DNA of 64,000 nt from Patescibacteria group bacterium (GCA_013387205.1 WARV01000010.1:765-64764), one strand, 5' to 3'; shown: positions 28,212-37,864, counted from the stretch's first letter. The notes: generated by a model not told the origin, from the letters alone. Numbers and translations: made by a program.

Positions 28212-29675
28212 TCACAAAAACATGCGGAACTCAACAGGCTGATTTTCATCTTTTTTGATGTTTTTTGCCGCAAAATGCAGGAGCGCATAAATGACGCCGA
28301 CCGCGCAGACCATCAGCCAAAACATCCATAAAGAAATATTTACATCGATGCTGCTAAAGCGCCAGGACGACAAAATAGCAACAGTTTTAATTATATAGAC
28401 AAGAAAAAAGTTGGCAGTATAGGCAAAACCTGGGCCGACAAAAGGCAGGACAGATAAAAAACCAAGGAGCATGGTCAAAGGCAAAAACGGCAAAATAAGG
28501 ACGTTGGCTAAAGGGGCGACCAAACTGATCCGGCCGAAAGTCAAAGCGATTAAAGGCAGCGTGGCAATGATGGCGGAAATGGTGGTAAAGAAATTATCCT
28601 TTAGCGAAAGCGGATTGATCCAGTCTTTTGTCAGCCTTGCAAACAAAGGATAAAAATAAACTATGCCCAAAGTTGCGGCAAAGGACAGCTGGAAGCCCAT
28701 GTCCCAAAATAAAATTTTGGGGTTTAGGATAAGCATAAAAAGGCCAGATAAAAACAGTGCCGGGACTACCGCATACTGCCTTCCAATCTGCAAAGACACT
28801 ATTAGCATAAAACCCATCAGCCCTGCTCTCAGCACTGATGCCGATGCCCCGGTTAAAACCACAAACCCGGCAATAACAGACAAGGTCAGCCAAAAACAAT
28901 TTTTCCTGCCGATATACTTGGCTAAAAAACTCAAGGCAGCAACGATTATGGTAATATTAAAACCGGATATGGCGATAATGTGCGTTGTCCCCGTTGCCTG
29001 GAAGTCATCAACCAAGTCCTGCGGCAAAGCTTTTTTCGCGCCAATGATTATGCCAAGCAGCAGGCTGCCTTGCGGCTCTTTGAACATTTTGCCGACCCTT
29101 TTGGTAAAAGCGTATTTTACGCGCAGCAAGCTTTCCTTAATAAAATTTTGCTGGTGATTTTTTAAAACCAATATTTTTGGATACCTCGATACGCCATAAA
29201 TATCGAACCTTTCCAAGTATTTTTGGTAATCAAAATCTTCAAAATTTTTCGGCTCGTCAATTTTTCCGTTAACCACTATCCAGTCGCCATAAAAATATTC
29301 CTGTGAGAGCGGCGCGGTTATCAGCAATCGTTGATTATAACCTTTGGGCAAAAATGTCAAAAGCTGCTTGTCTGTCCGGATATCTATATCTTCCACGATA
29401 TAACCTTCCAATTGATGTTTGCCGCCGAACATGCTTTTATATTCGTTTTCAATACTTGCCAAATTCAGCCTAAAAGCTCCCAAACACGCGCAAAATAAAA
29501 AAAGCGCCGCTAAAGTTAGCTTGTTTTTTTTGCTATAAAAGCTAATGCCGAAAAAGGCTATTAAAATTGCCCCGGCAACAAAAAGATGGAAATTTGGCAA
29601 AGAGAATTTGGATGCTGCCAAAATCCCCAAGGCAAAACTTATGGCGATAAATATAAAGACCTTGCTCTTGCTCAT
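28212..29675 (-). CDS. comEC: ComEC competence protein (no metallo-beta-lactamase domain)
   Basis: GTTHIIAISGFNI, SVLRA, GFQLSFAAT. Confidence 0.92.
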   Translation of the reverse strand: MSKSKVFIFIAISFALGILAASKFSLPNFHLFVAGAILIAFFGISFYSKKNKLTLAALFLFCACLGAFRLNLASIENEYKSMFGGKHQLEGYIVEDIDIRTDKQLLTFLPKGYNQRLLITAPLSQEYFYGDWIVVNGKIDEPKNFEDFDYQKYLERFDIYGVSRYPKILVLKNHQQNFIKESLLRVKYAFTKRVGKMFKEPQGSLLLGIIIGAKKALPQDLVDDFQATGTTHIIAISGFNITIIVAALSFLAKYIGRKNCFWLTLSVIAGFVVLTGASASVLRAGLMGFMLIVSLQIGRQYAVVPALFLSGLFMLILNPKILFWDMGFQLSFAATLGIVYFYPLFARLTKDWINPLSLKDNFFTTISAIIATLPLIALTFGRISLVAPLANVLILPFLPLTMLLGFLSVLPFVGPGFAYTANFFLVYIIKTVAILSSWRFSSIDVNISLWMFWLMVCAVGVIYALLHFAAKNIKKDENQPVEFRMFL

Positions 29676-29690
29676 ATATAAACAAAAAAG

Positions 29691-29726
29691 CGTATCAAAA
29701 ATGAGCGGCCGCTCATTTTTGATACG
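29691..29726. repeat. Perfect 36-bp palindrome containing the stop of PaaX-like gene 2
   Basis: CGTATCAAAAATGAGCGG|CCGCTCATTTTTGATACG. Confidence 0.95.
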
Positions 29727-30261
29727 GTAATTTAAACCTCTCTCTTAATTCCCTATCGTCATCCATCTGGTCCACTCTGATAATCCTGACAAAATCCATT
29801 AACCCTGTTTGTTTTAAATATTCTACTGCATGGCTATTTAAAGGATAGGGACTTATAAAAACACTTGCCTGCAATTTCACAAAATTGTTTTGCTTTAATA
29901 ACCTTCGAAATCTATTCCGTTCCCATTTAAAAGCTTCGGGAATATCAAACATTATCAATCTCCATTTATTATCCCAGGGTATAAAAGCGCGCAATTTTGC
30001 CATCAACATTAAATAATGAAGGTATCCATTCTTTGTTATTCTTAAAAACTTTTTATTGTTTTTCTCTACAACTTCTACATCATTACGTTTTTTTAACCTA
30101 GAGACTACCGTGCGATAATAATCCGGGTCGAAATTTTTAACTCTTCTGCTCCAGGCATATGGTGATTCAAAAGGAACAGGTAACATATGTGCCGCCTCCA
30201 CTAAAAACTGAAGGACACCATCCACTATCGATAAAGTTATGTTTTGAGTTTGTTTTGCCAT
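29713..30261 (-). CDS. PaaX-like protein (wHTH plus Cas2-like domain), copy 2
   Basis: PFES, ITKNG, WDNKWRLIMFDIPE, FVKLQASVFISPY. Confidence 0.8.
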   Translation of the reverse strand: MAKQTQNITLSIVDGVLQFLVEAAHMLPVPFESPYAWSRRVKNFDPDYYRTVVSRLKKRNDVEVVEKNNKKFLRITKNGYLHYLMLMAKLRAFIPWDNKWRLIMFDIPEAFKWERNRFRRLLKQNNFVKLQASVFISPYPLNSHAVEYLKQTGLMDFVRIIRVDQMDDDRELRERFKLPYQK

Positions 30262-30282
30262 ATGGTAATCTTCATTACTCTA

Positions 30283-30318
30283 TGTATCACTTTTGAGCGG
30301 CCGCTCAAAAGTGATACG
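30283..30318. repeat. 36-bp palindrome upstream of PaaX-like gene 2
   Basis: tGTATCACTTTTGAGCGG|CCGCTCAAAAGTGATACg. Confidence 0.93.
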
Positions 30319-30332
30319 TTGTTATTTTAGTT

Positions 30333-30554
30333 TCAAATGATTATCCTAAAAACTTTCTGTTTGGATTTTTCGCCGCGCAAAAGGTTTACGCAGGATTTTG
30401 CCACTTTAAAATGTTCGGCCAGCGCTTCAATTACGGCCTTGTTGGCCTTGCCCTCAAGCGGCGGCTGACTGACGTAAACATGCATGGTGCCAAGCAGGTC
30501 TTTATCAATCCGGGGTTTTTTGGAATTAGGATGGACGATTACTGTAATATCCAT
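30333..30554 (-). CDS. DUF167 (YggU-like) protein
   Basis: V.PNSK, PPLEGKANKAVI..LA, GEKSKQK. Confidence 0.9.
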   Translation of the reverse strand: MDITVIVHPNSKKPRIDKDLLGTMHVYVSQPPLEGKANKAVIEALAEHFKVAKSCVNLLRGEKSKQKVFRIII

Positions 30555-30563
30555 ATCTGGTGT

Positions 30564-30995
30564 TTAGATAAGTTTATTCTTATAATTTGTTATAAACACT
30601 GGCCACTGGGAATGCATTTCCCTAGGGCAGTTATCCAACGTAAACCACGATATTTCGTCAAACTTATGAGGCTCACCGTTTCTCACTTTTTCCGGGTTGA
30701 CCAATACTTTAAAATCTAAAGCGATCCAATGGGTGGGTTGTCCATTATGCTGGCGGTGCACATCGCGGTATCCCAAAAACTCAAAATCCAAAACATCCGC
30801 GCAAAACTCTTCCATAATCTCTTTTCTTAATGTTTGCTCGACAGTATCATGAAGCTCCAGACCGCCGCCGCCAATATCCCATTTCCCTGACTCATCCCGC
30901 GCGCCCTTGCCGCGCTTGTGCATGACAAATCTTCCTTTGCCGTCATGGCAAAAGTAAACCACTGTCACGCCGGTAAAATCTATGCCTTTTTGCAT
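30564..30995 (-). CDS. NUDIX hydrolase
   Basis: GGG.....TVEQTLRKEIMEE Nudix-like box; NGEPHKF. Confidence 0.85.
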   Translation of the reverse strand: MQKGIDFTGVTVVYFCHDGKGRFVMHKRGKGARDESGKWDIGGGGLELHDTVEQTLRKEIMEEFCADVLDFEFLGYRDVHRQHNGQPTHWIALDFKVLVNPEKVRNGEPHKFDEISWFTLDNCPREMHSQWPVFITNYKNKLI

Positions 30996-31007
30996 AAGCC
31001 AAAAAAA

Positions 31008-31604
31008 TTATTTCATTTTTTTAAATTCCCAAAAACCCGCAGATTTATCATCGCCATGAAATCCCATGGCGCTTACCAAGGCCTTTATTTTTACCACCCT
31101 CCATTTCGGCTGATTTTGCTGAGGATCAATTAACCTAATTAAACCTTTTGAAGGATAAATGCGGTCGATTACGCAAACATGCCCGCCCTGGATATCATCA
31201 CCTTTCAATTTTCCATGGTCAAAACAGACCAGTATATCTTTATCTTTTTTTACTGCGTCCACGACAAATTTAACAATATCAGCTTCCGAGCAAAATTGGC
31301 TGATTGGGTGATATTGCATCCTTAATGGAATTTTAAGTTTTGGAAATACTATATTGGGGTGAAATTTTTTTAAATAAATTTGGGTGCCATAACCAGAAGG
31401 TGGTCTCTTGCCTAACCGTGGACGCCAATAAAGATTTTTGTTTTCTTTAGATACGACCAAACCTAAATGATATCCTAATAATTCTTGTGGAATCAAAGGC
31501 AGGCCGTGCCTATACATCACCATTGATATACAAGTCGGCACGCAACATGATTTTTGCTGAACCAACGGGATATATCTGCTATCTTTCGGAGTAATTTCTT
31601 TCAT
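31008..31604 (-). CDS. Papain-fold (C39/phytochelatin-synthase-like) protein
   Basis: Q..SCCVP, GGHVCVI, LIDP. Confidence 0.6.
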   Translation of the reverse strand: MKEITPKDSRYIPLVQQKSCCVPTCISMVMYRHGLPLIPQELLGYHLGLVVSKENKNLYWRPRLGKRPPSGYGTQIYLKKFHPNIVFPKLKIPLRMQYHPISQFCSEADIVKFVVDAVKKDKDILVCFDHGKLKGDDIQGGHVCVIDRIYPSKGLIRLIDPQQNQPKWRVVKIKALVSAMGFHGDDKSAGFWEFKKMK

Positions 31605-31633
31605 AAATATATTATACCACTAAAAAACCCCGC

Positions 31634-32164
31634 TTAAGCGGGGTTTTGGGAAGTTTGGAGTTTTCTCTTTCCGGCTAAGTATCTGACCAGCTGCAAGCTG
31701 CCGAATAAAACAGCTGTGTAAGTTACATCGCCAAGCAAAGTTCCCCTAAAAAACGGCAGGCCGTTTACATAAGACTGGATTATGCCGGCAAAGTTATGGG
31801 GGTAGTAAGAATAAAAGAAAGCGAAGTTGGTTACCAAAAAGAAAATTACTGCCGTGGCAACAGATGAGCCAATAATTTTTACCCAGCGGTTGTCTGGAGT
31901 TTTTTTAATCCAAAGCCCGAACAAAACTCCCAGCAAATGGCAGGCATAAACCGCAACCATCAAAGGCCACTGGAAAAATCCCAAGAAAATATCGGAGATA
32001 AACCTGGCAGCCAAAGGAATTGCGATAGCCTGTTTTTTTGGCAAGTAAGCCGCACCAAAAATTGCCAATGCGGTAATGGGCGCGAAATTGGCCATATCAA
32101 TTGCAAAAAAATGAGTGACAAAACGGGAAATTATTGCGAGGATGATAATTAAATAAATAGCCAT
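31634..32164 (-). CDS. ECF S-component-like membrane protein (DUF6580-like), probable cobalamin uptake
   Basis: NFAPITALAIF, SD.FLGF, FFLVTNF, Y..GLPF; cobO/nrdJ context. Confidence 0.7.
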   Translation of the reverse strand: MAIYLIIILAIISRFVTHFFAIDMANFAPITALAIFGAAYLPKKQAIAIPLAARFISDIFLGFFQWPLMVAVYACHLLGVLFGLWIKKTPDNRWVKIIGSSVATAVIFFLVTNFAFFYSYYPHNFAGIIQSYVNGLPFFRGTLLGDVTYTAVLFGSLQLVRYLAGKRKLQTSQNPA

Positions 32165-32299
32165 GATAGTTCTTACATTCTCTACTAAATACTAATATAT
32201 ACGAAAGATACTAAAGCTTTATACTAATAGTGATATTAATTAAGTATACTTAGATGATATTTTAGTATATTTAGTACTAATTAGTATTTAGTAGAAGTA

Positions 32300-32701
32300 T
32301 TAAAGGTTAGTGTTAATTTTTTCCAACTTCCATTCAATCTTGTCGCTGTTCTTTAACTGGTATTGTCCGGCTCCGACCGGCGCCAGCTGGCTGTTTATAT
32401 AAAAGGCCCAAAAGTTTTTGCCGTTTTCCGACATATTACCGTCAATGCCTATTACCATCTCCCCCAGGCCCTGATACGTCTTAGTCTGCACTTGGTGGGT
32501 ACTCTTTAACAAATCCAACGCAGTCGTTCCTTGTTTTACTGCATAATCAGGCTGGTTTAAATTTGAAGCCTGGACAGTCTGGTAAACCTTAATATCCTGG
32601 CTTTGCTGGCTGGTTTGGTTGCCGGGCTGCTTACTGCATCCAGCCGCTGCCAAAAAAATCAGTGATGATAATAAAAAAACCTTAAAGAAAGTTTTTCGCA
32701 T
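32300..32701 (-). CDS. DUF4430 (transcobalamin-like C-terminal) lipoprotein
   Basis: Lipobox AAGC; TALDLL, IDG, FWAFYIN, VGAGQY.LK..D.IEW. Confidence 0.8.
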   Translation of the reverse strand: MRKTFFKVFLLSSLIFLAAAGCSKQPGNQTSQQSQDIKVYQTVQASNLNQPDYAVKQGTTALDLLKSTHQVQTKTYQGLGEMVIGIDGNMSENGKNFWAFYINSQLAPVGAGQYQLKNSDKIEWKLEKINTNL

Positions 32702-32860
32702 AAAAATTGGTTATATTACAACCAATCTACGAATCCATACTAATAATAACTAATGGCAACTAATCCTTACTAAGATAATATTAGCTGTCATTGGCAATAT
32801 TCGTTACATTAGTTGATTGGTTAATCTAATTGGCTATCTTATATTTTATATTCCCCGTCC

Positions 32861-33487
32861 CTAATAGTCAATGCCTTTTTGCGCCAAAATCCCCTCGTAA
32901 TACGGATGTTTGACCATTTTCATTTCCGTGACTAAATCGCAAGCCTTGATAATTTTAGGATACTTGTTATGCCCGGTTATTACCAAATGCAGCATCTCGG
33001 GCTTTATTGCAATAAGGTCCAAAATATCCCTTTCTTCAATAAGGCCGACTTCCAAAGCCGAAATCAATTCATCTAAAATTAAAACCTGATACTGGCCGGA
33101 TAACATAATCTCACGAGCGCGATTAAGGCCGCTCAAAGCTTCTTTGATATGGACTTCTTTTTCTTTTTTATCACCTAAAATTCCGACAAAGCCTGCACCG
33201 CTCTGTTCGTTGTCAATTTTTCCCAAACTGCCTCGCATGGACACTTGGTTGAAGAAATTAATCTCATTGGATATTGGCCACTCCCCGCTTTGGCGCTTTT
33301 CTCCGGCTTCCAGCTCCTTGGCTTTGACGAACTGAAGGATAAAAACATTCATTCCTGCCCCGCTGGCCCTAACTGCCACCCCCATCGCCGCACTAGTTTT
33401 TCCCTTGCCGTCACCAATATAACAAATGACCAAACCTTTTTTGGCTACCACCGGCTTGTCTTTTTTCGGTTTTTTATATTTGGGCAT
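32861..33487 (-). CDS. cobO: Cob(I)alamin adenosyltransferase (CobA/CobO/BtuR type)
   Basis: GDGKGKTSAAMG, QFVK, ILDE, LVITG, KHPY..G..AQKGIDY. Confidence 0.93.
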   Translation of the reverse strand: MPKYKKPKKDKPVVAKKGLVICYIGDGKGKTSAAMGVAVRASGAGMNVFILQFVKAKELEAGEKRQSGEWPISNEINFFNQVSMRGSLGKIDNEQSGAGFVGILGDKKEKEVHIKEALSGLNRAREIMLSGQYQVLILDELISALEVGLIEERDILDLIAIKPEMLHLVITGHNKYPKIIKACDLVTEMKMVKHPYYEGILAQKGIDY

Positions 33488-33490
33488 AAT

Positions 33491-33887
33491 TGTGTCATCC
33501 CGACCGAAGCGGAGGGATCCCTTGTCTTACATTTTTATATGATATTCCAACTTAGGCTCAAGTCTGCCCATTTAGGATTTAATTTTTTTATTAAAAATTC
33601 TTTCTTTTTTCTATTCCATCTTTTCAACTGCCTTTCCCTTGCAATAGCTGAATTTACATCTGATGTTTGTTCAAAATAAACTAACTAATGGCAACAATAT
33701 TTTTTTGTAAAACCATCAGCCACGTTATTTTTATGTTGCCATACCCGATTTGCCAAATCATTAGTAACTCCTGTATACAAAGTACCGCTTTCACTGGCTA
33801 AAATATAAATATAATATTGGTAATCTTTCATAGTTACTCATTATTTTATACATTAAGGGATCCCTCCGCTTCGGTCGGGATGACACA
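33491..33887. mobile_element. GIY-YIG cassette bounded by perfect 33-bp inverted repeats
   Basis: TGTGTCATCCCGACCGAAGCGGAGGGATCCCTT at 33491-33523 and its exact reverse complement at 33855-33887. Confidence 0.75.
33535..33831 (-). pseudogene. Small GIY-YIG nuclease with in-frame TAG at codon 49
   Basis: MKDYQYYIYILASESGTLYTGVTNDLANRVWQHK..GFTKKYCCH*LVYFE..AIAREKQLKRW..NPKWADL; TAG at 33685-87. Confidence 0.85.
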
Positions 33888-33949
33888 TAGGGCGGCAGCT
33901 GTTTTGCCTGCCGCCCATACATAATACACTATACGTTATTAAAAAAGAC

Positions 33950-34216
33950 CTACCGCTCTTGCATGGCAATCTCCGCTACCAATTTTTCTAAATCGGTATC
34001 GCGTCCTACAAACATCCATTGACCGCTCTCTTTCTTTAGCGCTATTTGCATATTGGGCATATTGGTAAACGGCACTTCTACCTGCTGTCCATAAATCTCT
34101 ACGAATGTTGATTTACCATCTTTATGGCCATCCTGCACGATAAACCGGTATCCCTTGGCTTCCAATTGCCTGCGTATTTCATTGGTTGAAATTTTTCTTT
34201 CGATTGAATTTTCCAT
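33950..34216 (-). CDS. Hypothetical protein (88 aa)
   Basis: Co-directional ORF followed by hairpin 33890-33917. Confidence 0.55.
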   Translation of the reverse strand: MENSIERKISTNEIRRQLEAKGYRFIVQDGHKDGKSTFVEIYGQQVEVPFTNMPNMQIALKKESGQWMFVGRDTDLEKLVAEIAMQER

Positions 34217-34346
34217 ACATTATTACTTTCAACTTTACAACTTCTCAGTCGCAAATGCGATTTAGCCTCTCTCGCCCTTCGGGCACTCTCTCCATAAACT
34301 GGAGAGAGAAATAATATTGTTCCGCCACACCAGGCGTGGATCCGCG

Positions 34347-37010
34347 CTATCCGCATTTGCTATATCCGCACATATCGCACTTCATGCAGCCTTCGGCCAA
34401 GACCATCATGCTGGCGCACGAAGGGCAAACCGGGGCATTGCCCAAATTGGCAATGGAAATCTTTTGGGTCTTTCTGTATGTCATGTGCCCATTGGTCTTT
34501 ATCTTATCTTCGCTTAAAGTTTCAACAACTTTTTCTTCCACTAAAACTTTAGTTTCCGATTTCACTCCAACTGCATTTTCCGCTTTTGTCGGGGTCGGCA
34601 CAGCAGGAAGGTTCAGACTCAGCTGCTTATCATGCCTCTTAATGTGCCTTTCTAAAACTTTGGCAATAGCGTCTGGTAGAGAAAAGACAATTTCGCCGCC
34701 AGAGAAAGAAACTTCCGGTCCGCGAATGCCTTTAAGCTGCTCGATAATTTCTTCAATGGCAATATTGGAACGAAGCGACAAGCTAATCAGCCTGGTGATA
34801 GCTTCGGTCTGGGCGCTAAAGAAACCGCCGGCTTTGCCCATTTGGGCGAACACTTCAAACGGACCTTGCGCGTCTTCGTTGATAGTCACGTACAAATTAC
34901 CGTAAGCCGTGGCGACTTTGTAGGTAATGCCCTGCATCTGGTCAGGCCTGGTACGCGGAGCGATTTTAATCTGGATATTATCTCCGGAAACAGACATGAC
35001 TTCTTGCGGCTTGCTCGTTTCGGCATTGCCCAGTTTCGATTCCACCTGCTGCGCCGCGTCCTTGCCGAGTTTTTTATGATCAGTTGCCAAAACCTGTTCA
35101 TCGCGGGATCCGTCGCGATAAATCGTCCCGCCCTTGCAACCCAAGTCATAAAGCAATTCATAAAGCTGCTTGGTCTGGTCAACGGTGTAATCGGAAGGAG
35201 CATTCACGGTTTTGGAAATGGCGCTATCTGTCCAGCGCTGGACCGCTGCCTGCATGCGCACGTGGTCTTCCGGTGCCAGTTCCATTGCAGTGACAAAATA
35301 TTCCGGCAACTCTTGCCCCGGATTATTATCTAGCCAGTCCTGGGCGATTTTTATTTTTTCCTGATGCACGCCAATGCGGCTCTTTCTGAAATATGTCCAG
35401 GAGAAGAACGGTTCAATACCGGTGGATGTGCCGACCATGGTGCCAACGCTGCCTGTCGGAGCCTGCGTCAAAATAGTCACGTTCCTAATCCCGTATTTAG
35501 CAACCAAGTCGCGGATATACTCGGGCATGTTTTTCATGTACCCGCTTTGCAAATATTTTTCCGCGTTGAATTCCTTAAATGGCCCCTTTTCCCGGGCAAG
35601 CTCTACCGATGTTTCGTAAGCGGTAACGGCAATAAACTGGTACAGCTTGTCCGTAAATTCCACGGCCTTGGGGCTGCCGTAGCGCAATTCTAAGTTGATT
35701 AACATTTCGGCAAGACCAATGGTCCCGAGGCCAATACGCCTCTCGGACAGCTGCTGCTTTTTATTCTCTTCAAAAAAGTAAGGAGTGGCATCTACCACGT
35801 TGTCCTGGAAGCGCACAGCGTATTGCACCGCAGCCTTAAGGCCGTTCCAATTCACGTCTTTCTTTTCCTTGTCCACGAACTTGGACAAGTTAACATGGCC
35901 CAAATTGCACACGCCCCAGGCCGGAAGCGGCTGCTCGCCGCAAGGGTTAGTGCAAGGCAATGCGGAATAATACCAGGAGTTGGAATAATGTTCGGCGCGG
36001 TCTATAAAGTACACGCCCGGCTCAGCGCTGGACCAGGCCGATGAGATTATGGTATCCCAAATATCAGCCGCCCTGACGGTTTTATACTTGTTAACCTTGC
36101 CGCCCATCTCTTTCCATTTGCGGATATTGCCGTCCCAATGCTTTTCGTACAAAGGATCCGTGGAATCCGGAAAAACCAAATCCCAGGACAAATCCTGCTT
36201 GACTGCCTGCATGAAATCGTCGGTAATGCCTACGGAAATGTTGGCATTGGTAATTTTACCCGCTTCTTTTTTGGCATTTATAAAATCCAATACGTCCGGG
36301 TGCCAAACGTTTAAGATAAGCATTAAAGCGCCGCGCCTGCTGCCGCCCTGTTCAATCAATCCCGTGACAAAACTATATAGAGAAGCCCAGGAGACAGAAC
36401 CGCTAGACCTGCCGTTGACGCCTTTGACATAAGAATACCTGGGGCGCAAAGAGGAAACGTTAATCCCTACTCCCCCGCCTCTGGACATTATTTCCGCCAT
36501 ATGGCGCAAGGTTTCAAAAATTCCGCCGCGGCTGTCATGCGGAGAAGGAATCACGAAACAATTATAAAAAGACAAGTTTTTTGTGCCGGCTCCGGCGTAA
36601 ATCCTTCCGCCCGGAGTATACTTCCAGTCATCCATTAGGCTCTTGAATTTATCTTCCCATTCTTTTTGTTTCTCCAAAGTCGGTTCTGCGCTGGAGATAT
36701 GTTTGGCCACGCGCTCAAACATCTGCTCCGGCATAATCTCCAGAGGCTTGTCGACATGTTCAAAAGCCCGCTGCTCCACTTGCCCGTCGCGCAAGCGGAC
36801 CATGACTGTGCGGCTCGGGGCATCTACAGATTCCACCGTGCCTATTTCCCTCTGCCCGGTTTTTGGATTAACCATAACCACAACTCTGTCACCGACTTCA
36901 ATGGTTTCCCTTTTGATGTCTTTGACAGCATATCTGTCTAAAAATATTTTTTCACCAAGCTCGGAGAGCCCGTTAACCTTTCTTTCTTGCAAGTTTTCCT
37001 TGGATTGCAT
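34347..37010 (-). CDS. nrdJ: Class II (AdoCbl-dependent) ribonucleotide reductase with TSCPD and Zn-ribbon tail
   Basis: PGGRI, NCFV, QGGSRRGA, TNPCGEQPL, APTG, STGIEP, KGGTIYRDGSR, CPSC..EGC..C..CGYSKC. Confidence 0.95.
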   Translation of the reverse strand: MQSKENLQERKVNGLSELGEKIFLDRYAVKDIKRETIEVGDRVVVMVNPKTGQREIGTVESVDAPSRTVMVRLRDGQVEQRAFEHVDKPLEIMPEQMFERVAKHISSAEPTLEKQKEWEDKFKSLMDDWKYTPGGRIYAGAGTKNLSFYNCFVIPSPHDSRGGIFETLRHMAEIMSRGGGVGINVSSLRPRYSYVKGVNGRSSGSVSWASLYSFVTGLIEQGGSRRGALMLILNVWHPDVLDFINAKKEAGKITNANISVGITDDFMQAVKQDLSWDLVFPDSTDPLYEKHWDGNIRKWKEMGGKVNKYKTVRAADIWDTIISSAWSSAEPGVYFIDRAEHYSNSWYYSALPCTNPCGEQPLPAWGVCNLGHVNLSKFVDKEKKDVNWNGLKAAVQYAVRFQDNVVDATPYFFEENKKQQLSERRIGLGTIGLAEMLINLELRYGSPKAVEFTDKLYQFIAVTAYETSVELAREKGPFKEFNAEKYLQSGYMKNMPEYIRDLVAKYGIRNVTILTQAPTGSVGTMVGTSTGIEPFFSWTYFRKSRIGVHQEKIKIAQDWLDNNPGQELPEYFVTAMELAPEDHVRMQAAVQRWTDSAISKTVNAPSDYTVDQTKQLYELLYDLGCKGGTIYRDGSRDEQVLATDHKKLGKDAAQQVESKLGNAETSKPQEVMSVSGDNIQIKIAPRTRPDQMQGITYKVATAYGNLYVTINEDAQGPFEVFAQMGKAGGFFSAQTEAITRLISLSLRSNIAIEEIIEQLKGIRGPEVSFSGGEIVFSLPDAIAKVLERHIKRHDKQLSLNLPAVPTPTKAENAVGVKSETKVLVEEKVVETLSEDKIKTNGHMTYRKTQKISIANLGNAPVCPSCASMMVLAEGCMKCDMCGYSKCG

Positions 37011-37193
37011 ATGTTTTCTTTTCTCTTCGTCCTTTTTTGCTCCCTTATTGGGAACGCGCGGCGGACAAATTAATTTTTAGATAGTATCATGCAGCAAGCA
37101 GTATGTATCAAGATTGATTTAAAACTTGCCACTTTTCAGGTGAACTTACATGCACCTGTTTGACGATAAATAACAAATCTTCTTATTGCTGTT

Positions 37194-37640
37194 TTACAGC
37201 TTACTTAACTCTTCCTTAAACTCATCTACATCTTCAAATTTTCGATAGACCGAAGCAAACCGAATATAGGCGACTTTGTCAATTTTTTTAATTTTCTTAC
37301 TGACTATTTCCCCTATTTCCAGGCTTTTTATTTCTCCGTCCTTGCTCTTCTTTTGGATTTCCTGCTCAATGCCTGAGATGAGCTTGCGCAGGGTGTCGTC
37401 TGTATGTTCCCGTTTTTCAAAGGCCCGCTTTATGCCCCGCTCCAGCTTTTCCCGGCTGTAAAGCTGCCTGGCCCCGTCTTTTTTTACGACCGTCAGGTCC
37501 AATATTTCAATGACTTCGTAAGTACTAAACCTAAAATCGCACTTTTCACATTCTCTCCTGCGCCTGATGGCATCTCCGTCGTCCACCGGACGGCTGTCTA
37601 ACACCTTGGTGTCAGCGTTCTGGCAATTGGGGCAACGCAT
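37194..37640 (-). CDS. nrdR: Transcriptional repressor NrdR
   Basis: CPNC, VLDSR, IRRRRECEKC, ATP cone, VAYIRFASVY. Confidence 0.98.
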   Translation of the reverse strand: MRCPNCQNADTKVLDSRPVDDGDAIRRRRECEKCDFRFSTYEVIEILDLTVVKKDGARQLYSREKLERGIKRAFEKREHTDDTLRKLISGIEQEIQKKSKDGEIKSLEIGEIVSKKIKKIDKVAYIRFASVYRKFEDVDEFKEELSKL

Positions 37641-37808
37641 TTTAGTATTGATTAGTCTTCTTAATTGCCGTTTAAAGGCTTAAATTGCTTTTGTGGGATG
37701 GGTTTTCGGCCTTTTTGTATCTTTTAGTGGCGATAAAAAACCCGCCCTCCCTAAGCTGTTTTTAGCTCTCAGTTGTGGTTTTTATTTAGATTTCTTAAAA
37801 AACCTTTT

Positions 37809-37864
37809 CTACCATATATGGTAGATACCTTAAATATCATAATACTACATATAGTTTTGGTCAA
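37809..37864 (-). promoter_or_regulatory. Tandem NrdR boxes overlapping the nrdR-nrdJ promoter
   Basis: CTACCATATATGGTAG (37809-24) and ATACTACATATAGTTT (37842-57) fit acaCwAtATaTwGtgt; TTGACC-17-TATGAT. Confidence 0.85.

Noticed and set aside
13127-30261. CRISPR-Cas locus suggested by Cas2-like domains and ~36-bp repeats
   Set aside because: No repeat-spacer array and no other cas genes; each palindrome occurs only twice and flanks a gene.
33685-33687. Stop-codon reassignment explaining the in-frame TAG
   Set aside because: TAG terminates intact genes here (groL, cobO, rel, ndk) and TGA is also used as a stop; a nonsense mutation is simpler.
34347-37010. Intein in NrdJ
   Set aside because: TNPCGEQ and other motifs are uninterrupted; no intein termini or endonuclease domain seen.
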